Source: Eledone cirrhosa
Lineage: Eukaryota
NCBI GenBank assembly: GCA_964016885.1
Contig: OZ024760.1
Span: 28,458,001 to 28,522,000 of the forward strand
DNA length: 64,000 bases
Direction of reading: 5' to 3'
How positions within the stretch are numbered: position 1 is the stretch's first letter; each line of letters begins with the position of its first letter. The translations under genes and the position numbers were made by a program. Of the stretch, positions 15,001 to 30,000 are shown one piece after another. The notes beneath the pieces are model-generated. The model did not search any database. It was not told where the DNA came from and worked only from the letters and a program-made list of their open reading frames with translations.

Positions 15001-18000
15001 ACTCTGAGGGTGTCCTTGTGTGGGGTATGGTCCTACCAGCTGACTGAGGATGTCCTTGTGTGGGGTATGGTCCTACCAGCTGACTGTGAGGATGTCCTTG
15101 TATGGGGTATGATCCTACCAGCTGACTCTGAGGATGTCCTTGTGTGGGGTATGGTCCTACCAGCTGACTCTGAGGATGTCCTTGTGTGGGGTATGGTCCT
15201 TCCAGCTGACTCTGAGGATGTCCTTCTATGGGGTATGGTCCTACCAGCTGACTGAGGATATCCTTGTGTGGGGTATAGTCCTACCAGCTGACTGAGGATA
15301 GCCTTGTGTGGGGTATGGTCCTACCAGCTGACTGAGGATGTCCTTGTGTGGGGTATGATCCTACCAGCTGACTCTGAGGATGTCCTTGTGTGGGGTATGG
15401 TCCTACCAGCTGACTGAGGATGTCCTTGTGTGGGGTATGGTCCTACCAGCTGACTGTGAGGATGTCCTTGTGTGGGGTATGGTCCTACCAGCTGACTCTG
15501 AGGATGTCCTTGTGTGGGGTATGGTCCTTCCAGCTGACTCTGAGGATGTCCTTCTATGGGGTATGGTCCTACCAGCTAACTGAGGATGTCCTTGTGTGGG
15601 GTATGGTCCTACCAGCTGACTGAGGATGTCCTTGTGTGGGGTATGGTCCTACCAGCTGACTGTGAGGATGTCCTTGTGTGGAGTATAGTCCTACCAGCTG
15701 ACTGAGGATGTCCTTGTGTGGGGTATGGTCTTACCAGCTGACTGAGGATGTCCTTGTGTGGGGTATAGTCCTACCAGCTGACTGAGGATGTCCTTGTGTG
15801 GGGTATGGTCCTACCAGCTGACTGAGGATATCCTTGTGTGGGGTATAGTCCTACCAGCTGACTGAGGATAGCCTTGTGTGGGGTATGGTCCTACCAGCTG
15901 ACTGAGGATGTCCTTGTGTGGGGTATAGTCCTACCAGCTGACTGAGGATGTCCTTGTGTGGGGTATGGTCCTACCAGTTGACTGTGAGGATGTCCTTGTG
16001 TGGGGTATAGTCCTACCAGCTGACTGAGGATAGCCTTGTGTGGGGTATGGTCCTACCAGTTGACTGTGAGGATGTCCTTGTGTGGGGTATAGTCCTACCA
16101 GCTGACTGAGGATAGCCTTGTGTGGGGTATGGTCCTACCAGTTGACTGTGAGGATGTCCTTGTGTGGGGTATAGTCCTACCAGCTGACTGAGGATGTCCT
16201 TGTGTGGGGTATGGTCCTACCAGCTGACTGTGAGGATGTCCTTGTATGGGGTTTGGTCCTACCAGCTGACTGTGAGGATGTCCTTGTGTGGGGTATAGTC
16301 CTACCAGCTGATTGAGGATAGCCTTGTGTGGGGTATGGTCCTACCAGTTGACTGTGAGGATGTCCTTGTGTGGGGTATAGCCCTACCAGCTGACTGAGGA
16401 TGTCCTTGTGTGGGGTATGGTCCTACCAGCTGACTGTGAGGATGTCCTTGTATGGGGTTTGGTCCTACCAGCTGACTGTGAGGATGTCCTTGTGTGGGGT
16501 ATGGTCCTACCAGCTGACTGAGGATGTCCTTGTGTGGGGTATAGTCCTACCAGATGACTGAGGATGTCCTTGTGCGGGGTATGGTCCTACCAGCTGACTG
16601 AGGATGTCCTTGTGTGGGGTATGGCCCTACCAGCTGACTGAGGATGTCCTTGTGTGGGGTATAGTCCTACCAGCTGACTGTGAGGATGTCCTTGTGTAAG
16701 GTATGGTCCTACCAGCTGACTGAGGATGTCCTTGTGTGGGGTATAGTCCTATCAGCTGACTGAGGATGTCCTTGTATGGGGTATGGTCCTACCAGCTGAC
16801 TGAGGATGTCCTTGTGTGGGGTATGGCCCTACCAGCTGACTGAGGATGTCCTTGTGTGGGGTATAGTCCTACCAGCTGACTGTGAGGATGTCCTTGTGTA
16901 AGGTATGGTCCTACCAGCTGACTGAGGATGTCCTTGTGTGGGGTATAGTCCTATCAGCTGACTGTGAGGATGTCCTTGTGTGGGGTATGGTCCTACCAGC
17001 TGACTGTGAGGATGTCCTTGTGTGGGGTATGGTCCTACCAGCTGACTGAGGATGTCCTTGTGTGGGGTATAGTCCTACCAGCTGACTGAGGATGTCCTTG
17101 TGTGGGGTATGGTCCTACCAGCTGACTGAGGATGTCCTTGTGTGGGGTATAGTCCTACCAGCTGACTGAGGATGTCCTTGTATGGGGTATGGTCCTACCA
17201 GCTGACTGAGGATGTCCTTGTGTGGGGTATGGTCCTACCAGCTGACTGTGAGGATGTCGTTGTGTGGTGTATGGTCCTACCAGCTGACTGTGAGGATGTC
17301 CTTGTGTGGGGTATGGTCCTACCAGCTGACTGAGGATGTCCTTGTGTGGGGTATGGTCCTACCAGCTGACTGAGGATGTCCTTGTGTGGGGTATGGTCCT
17401 ACCAGCTGACTGAGGATGTCCTTGTGTGGGGTATAGTCCTACCAGCTGACTGAGGATGTCCTTGTGTGGGGTATGGTCCTACCAGCTGACTGAGGATGTC
17501 CTTGTGTGGGGTATAGTCCTACCAGCTGACTGAGGACGGCCTTGTGTGGGGTATGGTCCTACCAGCTGACTGAGGATGTCCTTGTGTGGGGTATGGTCCT
17601 ACCAGCTGACTGAGGATGTCCTTGTGTGGGGTATAGTCCTACCAGCTGACTGAGGATGTCCTTGTGTGGGGTATGGTCCTACCAGCTGACTGAGGATGTC
17701 TTTGTGTGGGGTATAGTCCTACCAGCTGACTGAGGATGTCCTTGTGTTGGGTATAGTCCTACCAGCTGACTGAGGATGTCCTTGTGTGGGGTATGGTCCT
17801 ACCAGCTGACTGAGGATGTCCTTGTGTGGGGTATAGTCCTACCAGCTGACTGAGGATGTCCTTGTGTGGGGTATGGTCCTACCAGCTGACTGAGGATGTC
17901 CTTGTGTGGGGTATGGTCCTACCAGCTGACTGAGGATGTCCTTGTGTGGGGTATGGTACTACCAGCTGACTGAGGATGTCCTTGTGTGGGGTATAGTCCT

Positions 18001-21000
18001 ACCAGCTGACTGACGATGTCCTTGTATGGGGTATGGTCCTACCAGTTGACTGAGAATGTCCTTGCGTGGGGTATGGCCCTACCAGCTGACTGAGGATGTC
18101 CTTGCGTGGGGTATAGTCCTACCAGCTGACTGTGAGGATGTCCTTGTGCGGGGTATGGTCCTACCAGCTGACTGTGAGGATGTCCTTGTGTGGGGTATGG
18201 TCCTACCAGCTGACTGAGGGTGTCCTTGTGTGGGGTATAGTCCTACCAGCTGACTGAGGATGTCCTTGTGTGGGGTATGGTCCTACCAGCTGACTGAGGA
18301 TGTCCTTGTGTGGGGTATGGTCCTACCAGCTGACTGAGGATAGCCTTGTGTGGGGTATGGTCCTACCAGCTGACTGAGGATGTCCTTGTGTGGGGTATAG
18401 TCCTACCAGCTGACTGAGGATAGCCTTGTGTGGGGTATGGTCCTACCAGCTGACTGTGAGGATGTCCTTGTGTGGGGTATGGTCCTACCAGCTGACTGAG
18501 GATGTCCTTGTGTGGGGTATGGTCCTACCAGTTGACTGTGAGGATGTCCTTCTGTGGGGTATGGTCCTACCAGCTGACTTAGGATGTCCTTGTGTGGGGT
18601 ATGGTCCTACCAGTTGACTGTGAGGATGTCCTTGTGTGGGGTATGGTCCTACCAGTTGACTGTGAGGATGTCCTTGTGTGGGGTATGGTCCTACCAGTTG
18701 ACTGAGGATGTCCTTGTGTGGGGTATGGCCCTACCAGCTGACTGTGAGGATGTCCTCGTGTGGGGTATGGTACTACCAGCTGACTGAGGATGTCCTTGTG
18801 TGGGGTATGGTCCTACCAGCTGACTCTGAGGATGTCCTTGTGTGGGGTATGGTCCTACCAGCTGACTGAGGATGTCCTTGTGTGGGGTATGGTCCTACCA
18901 GCTGACTGAGGATGTCCTTGTGTGGGGTATGGTCCTACCAGCTGACTGAGGATGTCCTTGTATGGGGTATAGTCCTACCAGCTGACTGAGGATGTCCTTG
19001 TGTGGGGTATGGTCCTACCAGCTGACTGAGGATGTCCTTGTGTGGGGTATGGTCCTACCAGTTGACTGTGAGGATGTCCTTGTGTGGGGTATGGTCCTAC
19101 CAGTTGACTGTGAGGATGTCCTTGTGTGGGGTATGGTCCTACCAGTTGACTGAGGATGTCCTTGTGTGGGGTATGGCCCTACCAGCTGACTGTGAGGATG
19201 TCCTTGTGTGGGGTATGGTACTACCAGCTGACTGAGGATGTCCTTGTGTGGGGTATGGTCCTACCAGCTGACTCTGAGGATGTCCTTGTGTGGGGTATGG
19301 TCCTACCAGCTGACTGAGGATGTCCTTGTGTGGGGTATGGTCCTACCAGCTGACTGAGGATGTCCTTGTGTGGGGTATGGTCCTACCAGCTGACTGAGGA
19401 TGTCCTTGTGTGGGGTATGGTCCTACCAGCTGACTGAGGATGTCCTTGTGTGGGGTATGGTCCTACCAGCTGACTGAGGATGTCCTTGTATGGGGTATAG
19501 TCCTACCAGCTGACTGAGGATGTCCTTGTGTGGGGTATGGTCCTACCAGCTGACTGAGGATGTCCTTGTGTGGGGTATGGTCCTACCAGTTGACTGTGAG
19601 GATGTCCTTGTGTGGGGTATGGTCCTACCAGTTGACTGTGAGGATGTCCTTGTGTGGGGTATGGTCCTACCAGTTGACTGAGGATGTCCTTGTGTGGGGT
19701 ATGGCCCTACCAGCTGACTGTGAGGATGTCCTTGTGTGGGGTATGGTACTACCAGCTGACTGAGGATGTCCTTGTGTGGGGTATGGTCCTACCAGCTGAC
19801 TCTGAGGATGTCCTTGTGTGGGGTATGGTCCTACCAGCTGACTGTGAGGATGTCCTTGTGTAAGGTATGGTCCTACCAGCTGACTGAGGATGTCCTTGTG
19901 TGGGGTATAGTCCTATCAGCTGACTGTGAGGATGTCCTTGTGTGGGGTATGGTCCTACCAGCTGACTGTGAGGATGTCCTTGTGTGGGGTATGGTCCTAC
20001 CAGCTGACTGAGGATGTCCTTGTGTGGGGTATAGTCCTACCAGCTGACTGAGGATGTCCTTGTGTGGGGTATGGTCCTACCAGCTGACTGAGGATGTCCT
20101 TGTGTGGGGTATAGTCCTACCAGCTGACTGAGGATGTCCTTGTATGGGGTATGGTCCTACCAGCTGACTGAGGATGTCCTTGTGTGGGGTATGGTCCTAC
20201 CAGCTGACTGTGAGGATGTCGTTGTGTGGTGTATGGTCCTACCAGCTGACTGTGAGGATGTCCTTGTGTGGGGTATGGTCCTACCAGCTGACTGAGGATG
20301 TCCTTGTGTGGGGTATGGTCCTACCAGCTGACTGAGGATGTCCTTGTGTGGGGTATGGTCCTACCAGCTGACTGAGGATGTCCTTGTGTGGGGTATAGTC
20401 CTACCAGCTGACTGAGGATGTCCTTGTGTGGGGTATGGTCCTACCAGCTGACTGAGGATGTCCTTGTGTGGGGTATAGTCCTACCAGCTGACTGAGGACG
20501 GCCTTGTGTGGGGTATGGTCCTACCAGCTGACTGAGGATGTCCTTGTGTGGGGTATGGTCCTACCAGCTGACTGAGGATGTCCTTGTGTGGGGTATAGTC
20601 CTACCAGCTGACTGAGGATGTCCTTGTGTGGGGTATGGTCCTACCAGCTGACTGAGGATGTCTTTGTGTGGGGTATAGTCCTACCAGCTGACTGAGGATT
20701 TCCTTGTGTTGGGTATAGTCCTACCAGCTGACTGAGGATGTCCTTGTGTGGGGTATGGTCCTACCAGCTGACTGAGGATGTCCTTGTGTGGGGTATAGTC
20801 CTACCAGCTGACTGAGGATGTCCTTGTGTGGGGTATGGTCCTACCAGCTGACTGAGGATGTCCTTGTGTGGGGTATGGTCCTACCAGCTGACTGAGGATG
20901 TCCTTGTGTGGGGTATGGTACTACCAGCTGACTGAGGATGTCCTTGTGTGGGGTATAGTCCTACCAGCTGACTGACGATGTCCTTGTATGGGGTATGGTC

Positions 21001-24000
21001 CTACCAGTTGACTGAGAATGTCCTTGCGTGGGGTATGGCCCTACCAGCTGACTGAGGATGTCCTTGCGTGGGGTATAGTCCTACCAGCTGACTGTGAGGA
21101 TGTCCTTGTGCGGGGTATGGTCCTACCAGCTGACTGTGAGGATGTCCTTGTGTGGGGTATGGTCCTACCAGCTGACTGAGGGTGTCCTTGTGTGGGGTAT
21201 AGTCCTACCAGCTGACTGAGGATGTCCTTGTGTGGGGTATGGTCCTACCAGCTGACTGAGGATGTCCTTGTGTGGGGTATGGTCCTACCAGCTGACTGAG
21301 GATAGCCTTGTGTGGGGTATGGTCCTACCAGCTGACTGAGGATGTCCTTGTGTGGGGTATAGTCCTACCAGCTGACTGAGGATAGCCTTGTGTGGGGTAT
21401 GGTCCTACCAGCTGACTGTGAGGATGTCCTTGTGTGGGGTATGGTCCTACCAGCTGACTGAGGATGTCCTTGTGTGGGGTATGGTCCTACCAGTTGACTG
21501 TGAGGATGTCCTTCTGTGGGGTATGGTCCTACCAGCTGACTTAGGATGTCCTTGTGTGGGGTATGGTCCTACCAGTTGACTGTGAGGATGTCCTTGTGTG
21601 GGGTATGGTCCTACCAGTTGACTGTGAGGATGTCCTTGTGTGGGGTATGGTCCTACCAGTTGACTGAGGATGTCCTTGTGTGGGGTATGGCCCTACCAGC
21701 TGACTGTGAGGATGTCCTCGTGTGGGGTATGGTACTACCAGCTGACTGAGGATGTCCTTGTGTGGGGTATGGTCCTACCAGCTGACTCTGAGGATGTCCT
21801 TGTGTGGGGTATGGTCCTACCAGCTGACTGAGGATGTCCTTGTGTGGGGTATGGTCCTACCAGCTGACTGAGGATGTCCTTGTGTGGGGTATGGTCCTAC
21901 CAGCTGACTGAGGATGTCCTTGTATGGGGTATAGTCCTACCAGCTGACTGAGGATGTCCTTGTGTGGGGTATGGTCCTACCAGCTGACTGAGGATGTCCT
22001 TGTGTGGGGTATGGTCCTACCAGTTGACTGTGAGGATGTCCTTGTGTGGGGTATGGTCCTACCAGTTGACTGTGAGGATGTCCTTGTGTGGGGTATGGTC
22101 CTACCAGTTGACTGAGGATGTCCTTGTGTGGGGTATGGCCCTACCAGCTGACTGTGAGGATGTCCTTGTGTGGGGTATGGTACTACCAGCTGACTGAGGA
22201 TGTCCTTGTGTGGGGTATGGTCCTACCAGCTGACTCTGAGGATGTCCTTGTGTGGGGTATGGTCCTACCAGCTGACTGAGGATGTCCTTGTGTGGGGTAT
22301 GGTCCTACCAGCTGACTGAGGATGTCCTTGTGTGGGGTATGGTCCTACCAGCTGACTGAGGATGTCCTTGTGTGGGGTATGGTCCTACCAGCTGACTGAG
22401 GATGTCCTTGTGTGGGGTATGGTCCTACCAGCTGACTGAGGATGTCCTTGTATGGGGTATAGTCCTACCAGCTGACTGAGGATGTCCTTGTGTGGGGTAT
22501 GGTCCTACCAGCTGACTGAGGATGTCCTTGTGTGGGGTATGGTCCTACCAGTTGACTGTGAGGATGTCCTTGTGTGGGGTATGGTCCTACCAGTTGACTG
22601 TGAGGATGTCCTTGTGTGGGGTATGGTCCTACCAGTTGACTGAGGATGTCCTTGTGTGGGGTATGGCCCTACCAGCTGACTGTGAGGATGTCCTTGTGTG
22701 GGGTATGGTACTACCAGCTGACTGAGGATGTCCTTGTGTGGGGTATGGTCCTACCAGCTGACTCTGAGGATGTCCTTGTGTGGGGTATGGTCCTACCAGC
22801 TGACTGAGGATGTCCTTGTATGGGGTATGGTCCTACCAGCTGACTGAGGATGTCCTTGTATGGGGTATGGTCCTACCAGCTGACTGAGGATGTCCTTGTA
22901 TGGGGTATGGTCCTACCAGCTGACTGAGGATGTCCTTGTGTGGGGTATGGTCCTACCAGCTGACTGAGGATGTCCTTGTGTGGGGTATGGTCCTACCAGT
23001 TGACTGAGGATGTCCTTGTGTGGGGTATGGTCCTACCAGCTGACTGAGGATGTCCTTGTGTGGGGTATGGTCCTACCAGCTGACTGTGAGGATGTCCTTG
23101 TGTGGGGTATGGTCCTACCAGCTGACTGTGAGGATGTCCTTGTGTGGGGTATGGTCCTACCAGCTGACTGTGAGGATGTCCTTGTGTGGGGTATAGTCCT
23201 ACCAGCTGACTGTGAGGATGTCCTTGTGTGGGGTATGGCCCTACCAGCTGACTGTGAGGATGTCCTTGTGTGGGGTATGGTACTACCAGCTGACTGTGAG
23301 GATGTCCTTGTGTGTGGTATGGTCCTACCAGTTGACTGAGGATGTCCTTGTGTGGGGTATAGTCCTACCAGTTGACTGTGAGGATGTCCTTGTGTGGGGT
23401 ATGGTCCTACCAGCTGACCGAGGATGTCCTTGTGTGGGGTATGGTCCTACCAGTTGACTGAGGATGTCCTTGTGTGGGGTATGGTCCTATCAGTTTACTG
23501 TGAGGATGTCCTTGTGTGGGGTATGGTCCTACCAGTTGACTGAGGATGTCCTTGTGTGGGGTATGGTCCTACCAGTTGACTGTGAGGATGTCCTTGTGTG
23601 GGGTATGGTCCTACCAGTTGACTGAGAATGTCCTTGTGTGGGGTATGGTCCTACCAGTTGACTGTGAGGATGTCCTTGTGTGGGGTATGGTCCTACCAGT
23701 TGACTGAGGATGTCCTTGTGTGGGGTATGGTCCTACCAGTTGACTGTGAGGATGTCCTTGTGTGGGGTATGGTCCTACCAGTTGACTGAGGATGTCCTTG
23801 TGTGGGGTATGGTCCTACCAGTTGACACTGAGGATGTCCTTGTGTGGGGTATGGTCCTACCAGTTGACTGAGGATGTCCTTGTATGGGGTATGGTCCTAC
23901 CAGTTGACTGTGAGGATGTCCTTGTGTGGGGTATAGTCCTACCAGCTGACTGTGAGGATGTCCTTGTGTGGGGTATAGTCCTACCAGCTGACTGTGAGGA

Positions 24001-27000
24001 TGTCCTTGTGTGGGGTATGGTCCTACCAGTTGACTGTGAGGATGTCCTTGTGTGGGGTATAGCCCTACCAGTTGACTGAGGATGTCCTTGTATGTGGTAT
24101 AGTCCTACCAGTTAACTGTGAGGATGTCCTTGTGTGGGGTATAGCCCTACCAGCTGACTGAGGATGTCCTTGTGTGGCTATGGTCCTACCAGCTGACTGA
24201 GGATGTCCTTGTGTGGGGTATAGTCCTACAAGCTGACTCTGAGGATGTCCTTGTGTGGGGTATGATCCTACCAGCTGACTCGTAGGATGTCCTTGTGTGG
24301 GGTATGGTCCTACCAGCTGACTGTGAGGATGTCCTTGTGTGGGGTATGGTCCTACCAGCTGACTGAGGATGTCCTTGTGTGGGGTATGGTCCTACCAGCT
24401 GACTGAGGATGTCCTTGTATGGGGTATGGTCCTACCAGCTGACTGAGGATGTCCTTGTGTGGGTATGGCCCTACCAGCTGACTGAGGATGTCCTTGTGTG
24501 GGGTATAGTCCTATCAGCTGACTGTGAGGATGTCCTTGTGTGGGGTATGGCCCTACCAGCTGACTGAGGATGTCCTTGTGTGGGGTATAGTCCTATCAGC
24601 TGACTGTGAGGATGTCCTTGTGTGGGGTATAGTCCTACCAGATGACTGAGGATGTCCTTGTGTGGGGTATGGCCCTACCAGTTGACTGAGGATGTCCTTG
24701 TGTGGGGTATGGTCCTACCAGCTGACTGAGGATGTCCTTGTGTGGGGTATGGTCCTACCAGCTGACTGTGAGGATGTCCTTGTGTGGGGTATGGTCCTAC
24801 CAGCTGACTGAGGATGTCCTTGTGTGGGGTATAGTCCTACCAGATGACTGAGGATGTCCTTGTGTGGGGTATGGTCCTACCAGCTGACTGAGGATGTCCT
24901 TGTGTGAGGTATGGCCCTACCAGTTGACTGAGGATGTCCTTGTGTGGGGTATAGTCCTACCAGCTGACTGAGGATGTCCTTGTGTGGGGTATGGTCCTAC
25001 CAGCTGACTGTGAGGATGTCCTTGTGTGGGGTATGGTCCTACCAGCTGACTGAGGATGTCCTTGTGTGGGGTATAGTCCTACCAGCTGACTGAGGATGTC
25101 CTTGTGTGGGGTATGGCCCTACCAGCTGACTCTGAGGATGTCCTTATGTGGGGTATGGTCCTACCAGCTGACTGAGGATGTCCTTGTGTGGGGTATAGTC
25201 CTACCAGCTGACTGAGGATGTCCTTGTATGGGGTATGGTCCTACCAGCTGACTGAGGATGTCCTTGTGTGGGGTATGGCCCTACCAGCTGACTGAGGATG
25301 TCCTTGTGTGGGGTATAGTCCTACCAGCTGACTGAGGATGTCCTTGTATGGGGTATGGTCCTACCAACTGACTGAGGATGTCCTTGTGTGGGGTATGGCC
25401 CTACCAGCTGACTGAGGATGTCCTTGTGTGGGGTATAGTCCTACCAGCTGACTGAGGATGTCCTTGTATGGGGTATGGTCCTACCAGCTGACTGAGGATG
25501 TCCTTGTGTGGGGTATGGCCCTACCAGCTGACTGAGGATGTCCTTGTGTGGGGTATAGTCCTATCAGCTGACTGTGAGGATGTCCTTGTGTGGGGTATGG
25601 TCCTACCAGCTGACTGTGAGGATGTCCTTGTGTGGGGTATAGTCCTATCAGCTGACTGTGAGGATGTCCTTGTGTGGGGTATAGTCCTACCAGATGACTG
25701 AGGATGTCCTTGTGTGGGGTATGGCCCTACCAGTTGACTGAGGATGTCCTTGTGTGGGGTATGGTCCTACCAGCTGACTGAGGATGTCCTTGTGTGGGGT
25801 ATGGTCCTACCAGCTGACTGTGAGGATGTCCTTGTGTGGGGTATGGTCCTACCAGCTGACTGAGGATGTCCTTGTGTGGGGTATAGTCCTACCAGATGAC
25901 TGAGGATGTCCTTGTGTGGGGTATGGTCCTACCAGCTGACTGAGGATGTCCTTGTGTGAGGTATGGCCCTACCAGTTGACTGAGGATGTCCTTGTGTGGG
26001 GTATAGTCCTACCAGCTGACTGAGGATGTCCTTGTGTGGGGTATGGTCCTACCAGCTGACTGTGAGGATGTCCTTGTGTGGGGTATGGTCCTACCAGCTG
26101 ACTGAGGATGTCCTTGTGTGGGGTATAGTCCTACCAGCTGACTGAGGATGTCCTTGTGTGGGGTATGGCCCTACCAGCTGACTCTGAGGATGTCCTTATG
26201 TGGGGTATGGTCCTACCAGCTGACTGAGGATGTCCTTGTGTGGGGTATAGTCCTACCAGCTGACTGAGGATGTCCTTGTATGGGGTATGGTCCTACCAGC
26301 TGACTGAGGATGTCCTTGTGTGGGGTATGGCCCTACCAGCTGACTGAGGATGTCCTTGTGTGGGGTATAGTCCTACCAGCTGACTGAGGATGTCCTTGTA
26401 TGGGGTATGGTCCTACCAGCTGACTGAGGATGTCCTTGTGTGGGGTATGGCCCTACCAGCTGACTGAGGATGTCCTTGTGTGGGGTATAGTCCTACCAGC
26501 TGACTGAGGATGTCCTTGTATGGGGTATGGTCCTACCAGCTGACTGAGGATGTCCTTGTGTGGGGTATGGCCCTACCAGCTGACTGAGGATGTCCTTGTG
26601 TGGGGTATAGTCCTATCAGCTGACTGTGAGGATGTTCTTGTGTGGGGTATGGTCCTACCAGCTGACTGTGAGGATGTCCTTGTGTGGGGTATGGTCCTAC
26701 CAGCTGACTGAGGATGTCCTTGTGTGGGGTATAGTCCTACCAGATGACTGAGGATGTCCTTGTGCGGGGTATGGTCCTACCAGCTGACTGAGGATGTCCT
26801 TGTGTGGCGTATGGCCCTACCAGCTGACTGAGGATGTCCTTGTGTGGGGTATGGTACTACCAGCTGACTGAGGATGTCCTTGTGTGGGGTATAGTCCTAC
26901 CAGCTGACTGAGGATGTCCTTGTATGGGGTATGGTCCTACCAGCTGACTGAGGATGTCCTTGTGTGGGGTATGGCCCTACCAGCTGACTGAGGATGTCCT

Positions 27001-30000
27001 TGTGTGGGGTATAGTCCTACCAGCTGACTGTGAGGATGTCCTTGTGTAAGGTATGGTCCTACCAGCTGACTGAGGATGTCCTTGTGTGGGGTATAGTCCT
27101 ATCAGCTGACTGTGAGGATGTCCTTGTGTGGGGTATGGTCCTACCAGCTGACTGAGGATGTCCTTGTGTGGGGTATAGTCCTACCAGATGACTGAGGATG
27201 TCCTTGTATGGGGTATGGTCCTACCAGCTGACTGAGAATGTCCTTGCGTGGGGTATGGCCCTACCAGCTGACTGAGGATGTCCTTGCGTGGGGTATAGTC
27301 CTACCAGCTGACTGAGGATGTCCTTGTGTGGGGTATGGTCCTACCAGCTGACTGTGAAGATGTCGTTGTGTGGGGTATGGTCCTACCAGCTGACTCTGAG
27401 GATGTCCTTGTGTGGGGTATGGTCCTACCAGTTGACTGAGGACGGCCTTGTGTGGGGTATGGTCCTACCAGCTGACTGAGGATGTCCTTGTGTGGGGTAT
27501 AGTCCTACCAGCTGACTGAGGATGTCCTTGTATGGGGTATGGTCCTACCAGCTGACTGAGGATGTCCTTGTGTGGGGTATGGTCCTACCAGCTGACTGTG
27601 AGGATGTCGTTGTGTGGTGTATGGTCCTACCAGCTGACTGTGAGGATGTCCTTGTGTGGGGTATGGTCCTACCAGCTGACTGAGGATGTCCTTGTGTGGG
27701 GTATGGTCCTACCAGCTGACTGAGGATGTCCTTGTGTGGGGTATGGTCCTACCAGCTGACTGAGGATGTCCTTGTGTGGGGTATAGTCCTACCAGCTGAC
27801 TGAGGATGTCCTTGTGTGGGGTATGGTCCTACCAGCTGACTGAGGATGTCCTTGTGTGGGGTATAGTCCTACCAGCTGACTGAGGACGGCCTTGTGTGGG
27901 GTATGGTCCTACCAGCTGACTGAGGATGTCCTTGTGTGGGGTATGGTCCTACCAGCTGACTGAGGATGTCCTTGTGTGGGGTATAGTCCTACCAGCTGAC
28001 TGAGGATGTCCTTGTGTGGGGTATGGTCCTACCAGCTGACTGAGGATGTCTTTGTGTGGGGTATAGTCCTACCAGCTGACTGAGGATGTCCTTGTGTTGG
28101 GTATAGTCCTACCAGCTGACTGAGGATGTCCTTGTGTGGGGTATGGTCCTACCAGCTGACTGAGGATGTCCTTGTGTGGGGTATAGTCCTACCAGCTGAC
28201 TGAGGATGTCCTTGTGTGGGGTATGGTCCTACCAGCTGACTGAGGATGTCCTTGTGTGGGGTATGGTCCTACCAGCTGACTGAGGATGTCCTTGTGTGGG
28301 GTATGGTACTACCAGCTGACTGAGGATGTCCTTGTGTGGGGTATAGTCCTACCAGCTGACTGACGATGTCCTTGTATGGGGTATGGTCCTACCAGTTGAC
28401 TGAGAATGTCCTTGCGTGGGGTATGGCCCTACCAGCTGACTGAGGATGTCCTTGCGTGGGGTATAGTCCTACCAGCTGACTGTGAGGATGTCCTTGTGCG
28501 GGGTATGGTCCTACCAGCTGACTGTGAGGATGTCCTTGTGTGGGGTATGGTCCTACCAGCTGACTGAGGGTGTCCTTGTGTGGGGTATAGTCCTACCAGC
28601 TGACTGAGGATGTCCTTGTGTGGGGTATGGTCCTACCAGCTGACTGAGGATGTCCTTGTGTGGGGTATGGTCCTACCAGCTGACTGAGGATAGCCTTGTG
28701 TGGGGTATGGTCCTACCAGCTGACTGAGGATGTCCTTGTGTGGGGTATAGTCCTACCAGCTGACTGAGGATAGCCTTGTGTGGGGTATGGTCCTACCAGC
28801 TGACTGTGAGGATGTCCTTGTGTGGGGTATGGTCCTACCAGCTGACTGAGGATGTCCTTGTGTGGGGTATGGTCCTACCAGTTGACTGTGAGGATGTCCT
28901 TCTGTGGGGTATGGTCCTACCAGCTGACTTAGGATGTCCTTGTGTGGGGTATGGTCCTACCAGTTGACTGTGAGGATGTCCTTGTGTGGGGTATGGTCCT
29001 ACCAGTTGACTGTGAGGATGTCCTTGTGTGGGGTATGGTCCTACCAGTTGACTGAGGATGTCCTTGTGTGGGGTATGGCCCTACCAGCTGACTGTGAGGA
29101 TGTCCTCGTGTGGGGTATGGTACTACCAGCTGACTGAGGATGTCCTTGTGTGGGGTATGGTCCTACCAGCTGACTCTGAGGATGTCCTTGTGTGGGGTAT
29201 GGTCCTACCAGCTGACTGAGGATGTCCTTGTGTGGGGTATGGTCCTACCAGCTGACTGAGGATGTCCTTGTGTGGGGTATGGTCCTACCAGCTGACTGAG
29301 GATGTCCTTGTATGGGGTATAGTCCTACCAGCTGACTGAGGATGTCCTTGTGTGGGGTATGGTCCTACCAGCTGACTGAGGATGTCCTTGTGTGGGGTAT
29401 GGTCCTACCAGTTGACTGTGAGGATGTCCTTGTGTGGGGTATGGTCCTACCAGTTGACTGTGAGGATGTCCTTGTGTGGGGTATGGTCCTACCAGTTGAC
29501 TGAGGATGTCCTTGTGTGGGGTATGGCCCTACCAGCTGACTGTGAGGATGTCCTTGTGTGGGGTATGGTACTACCAGCTGACTGAGGATGTCCTTGTGTG
29601 GGGTATGGTCCTACCAGCTGACTCTGAGGATGTCCTTGTGTGGGGTATGGTCCTACCAGCTGACTGAGGATGTCCTTGTGTGGGGTATGGTCCTACCAGC
29701 TGACTGAGGATGTCCTTGTGTGGGGTATGGTCCTACCAGCTGACTGAGGATGTCCTTGTGTGGGGTATGGTCCTACCAGCTGACTGAGGATGTCCTTGTG
29801 TGGGGTATGGTCCTACCAGCTGACTGAGGATGTCCTTGTATGGGGTATAGTCCTACCAGCTGACTGAGGATGTCCTTGTGTGGGGTATGGTCCTACCAGC
29901 TGACTGAGGATGTCCTTGTGTGGGGTATGGTCCTACCAGTTGACTGTGAGGATGTCCTTGTGTGGGGTATGGTCCTACCAGTTGACTGTGAGGATGTCCT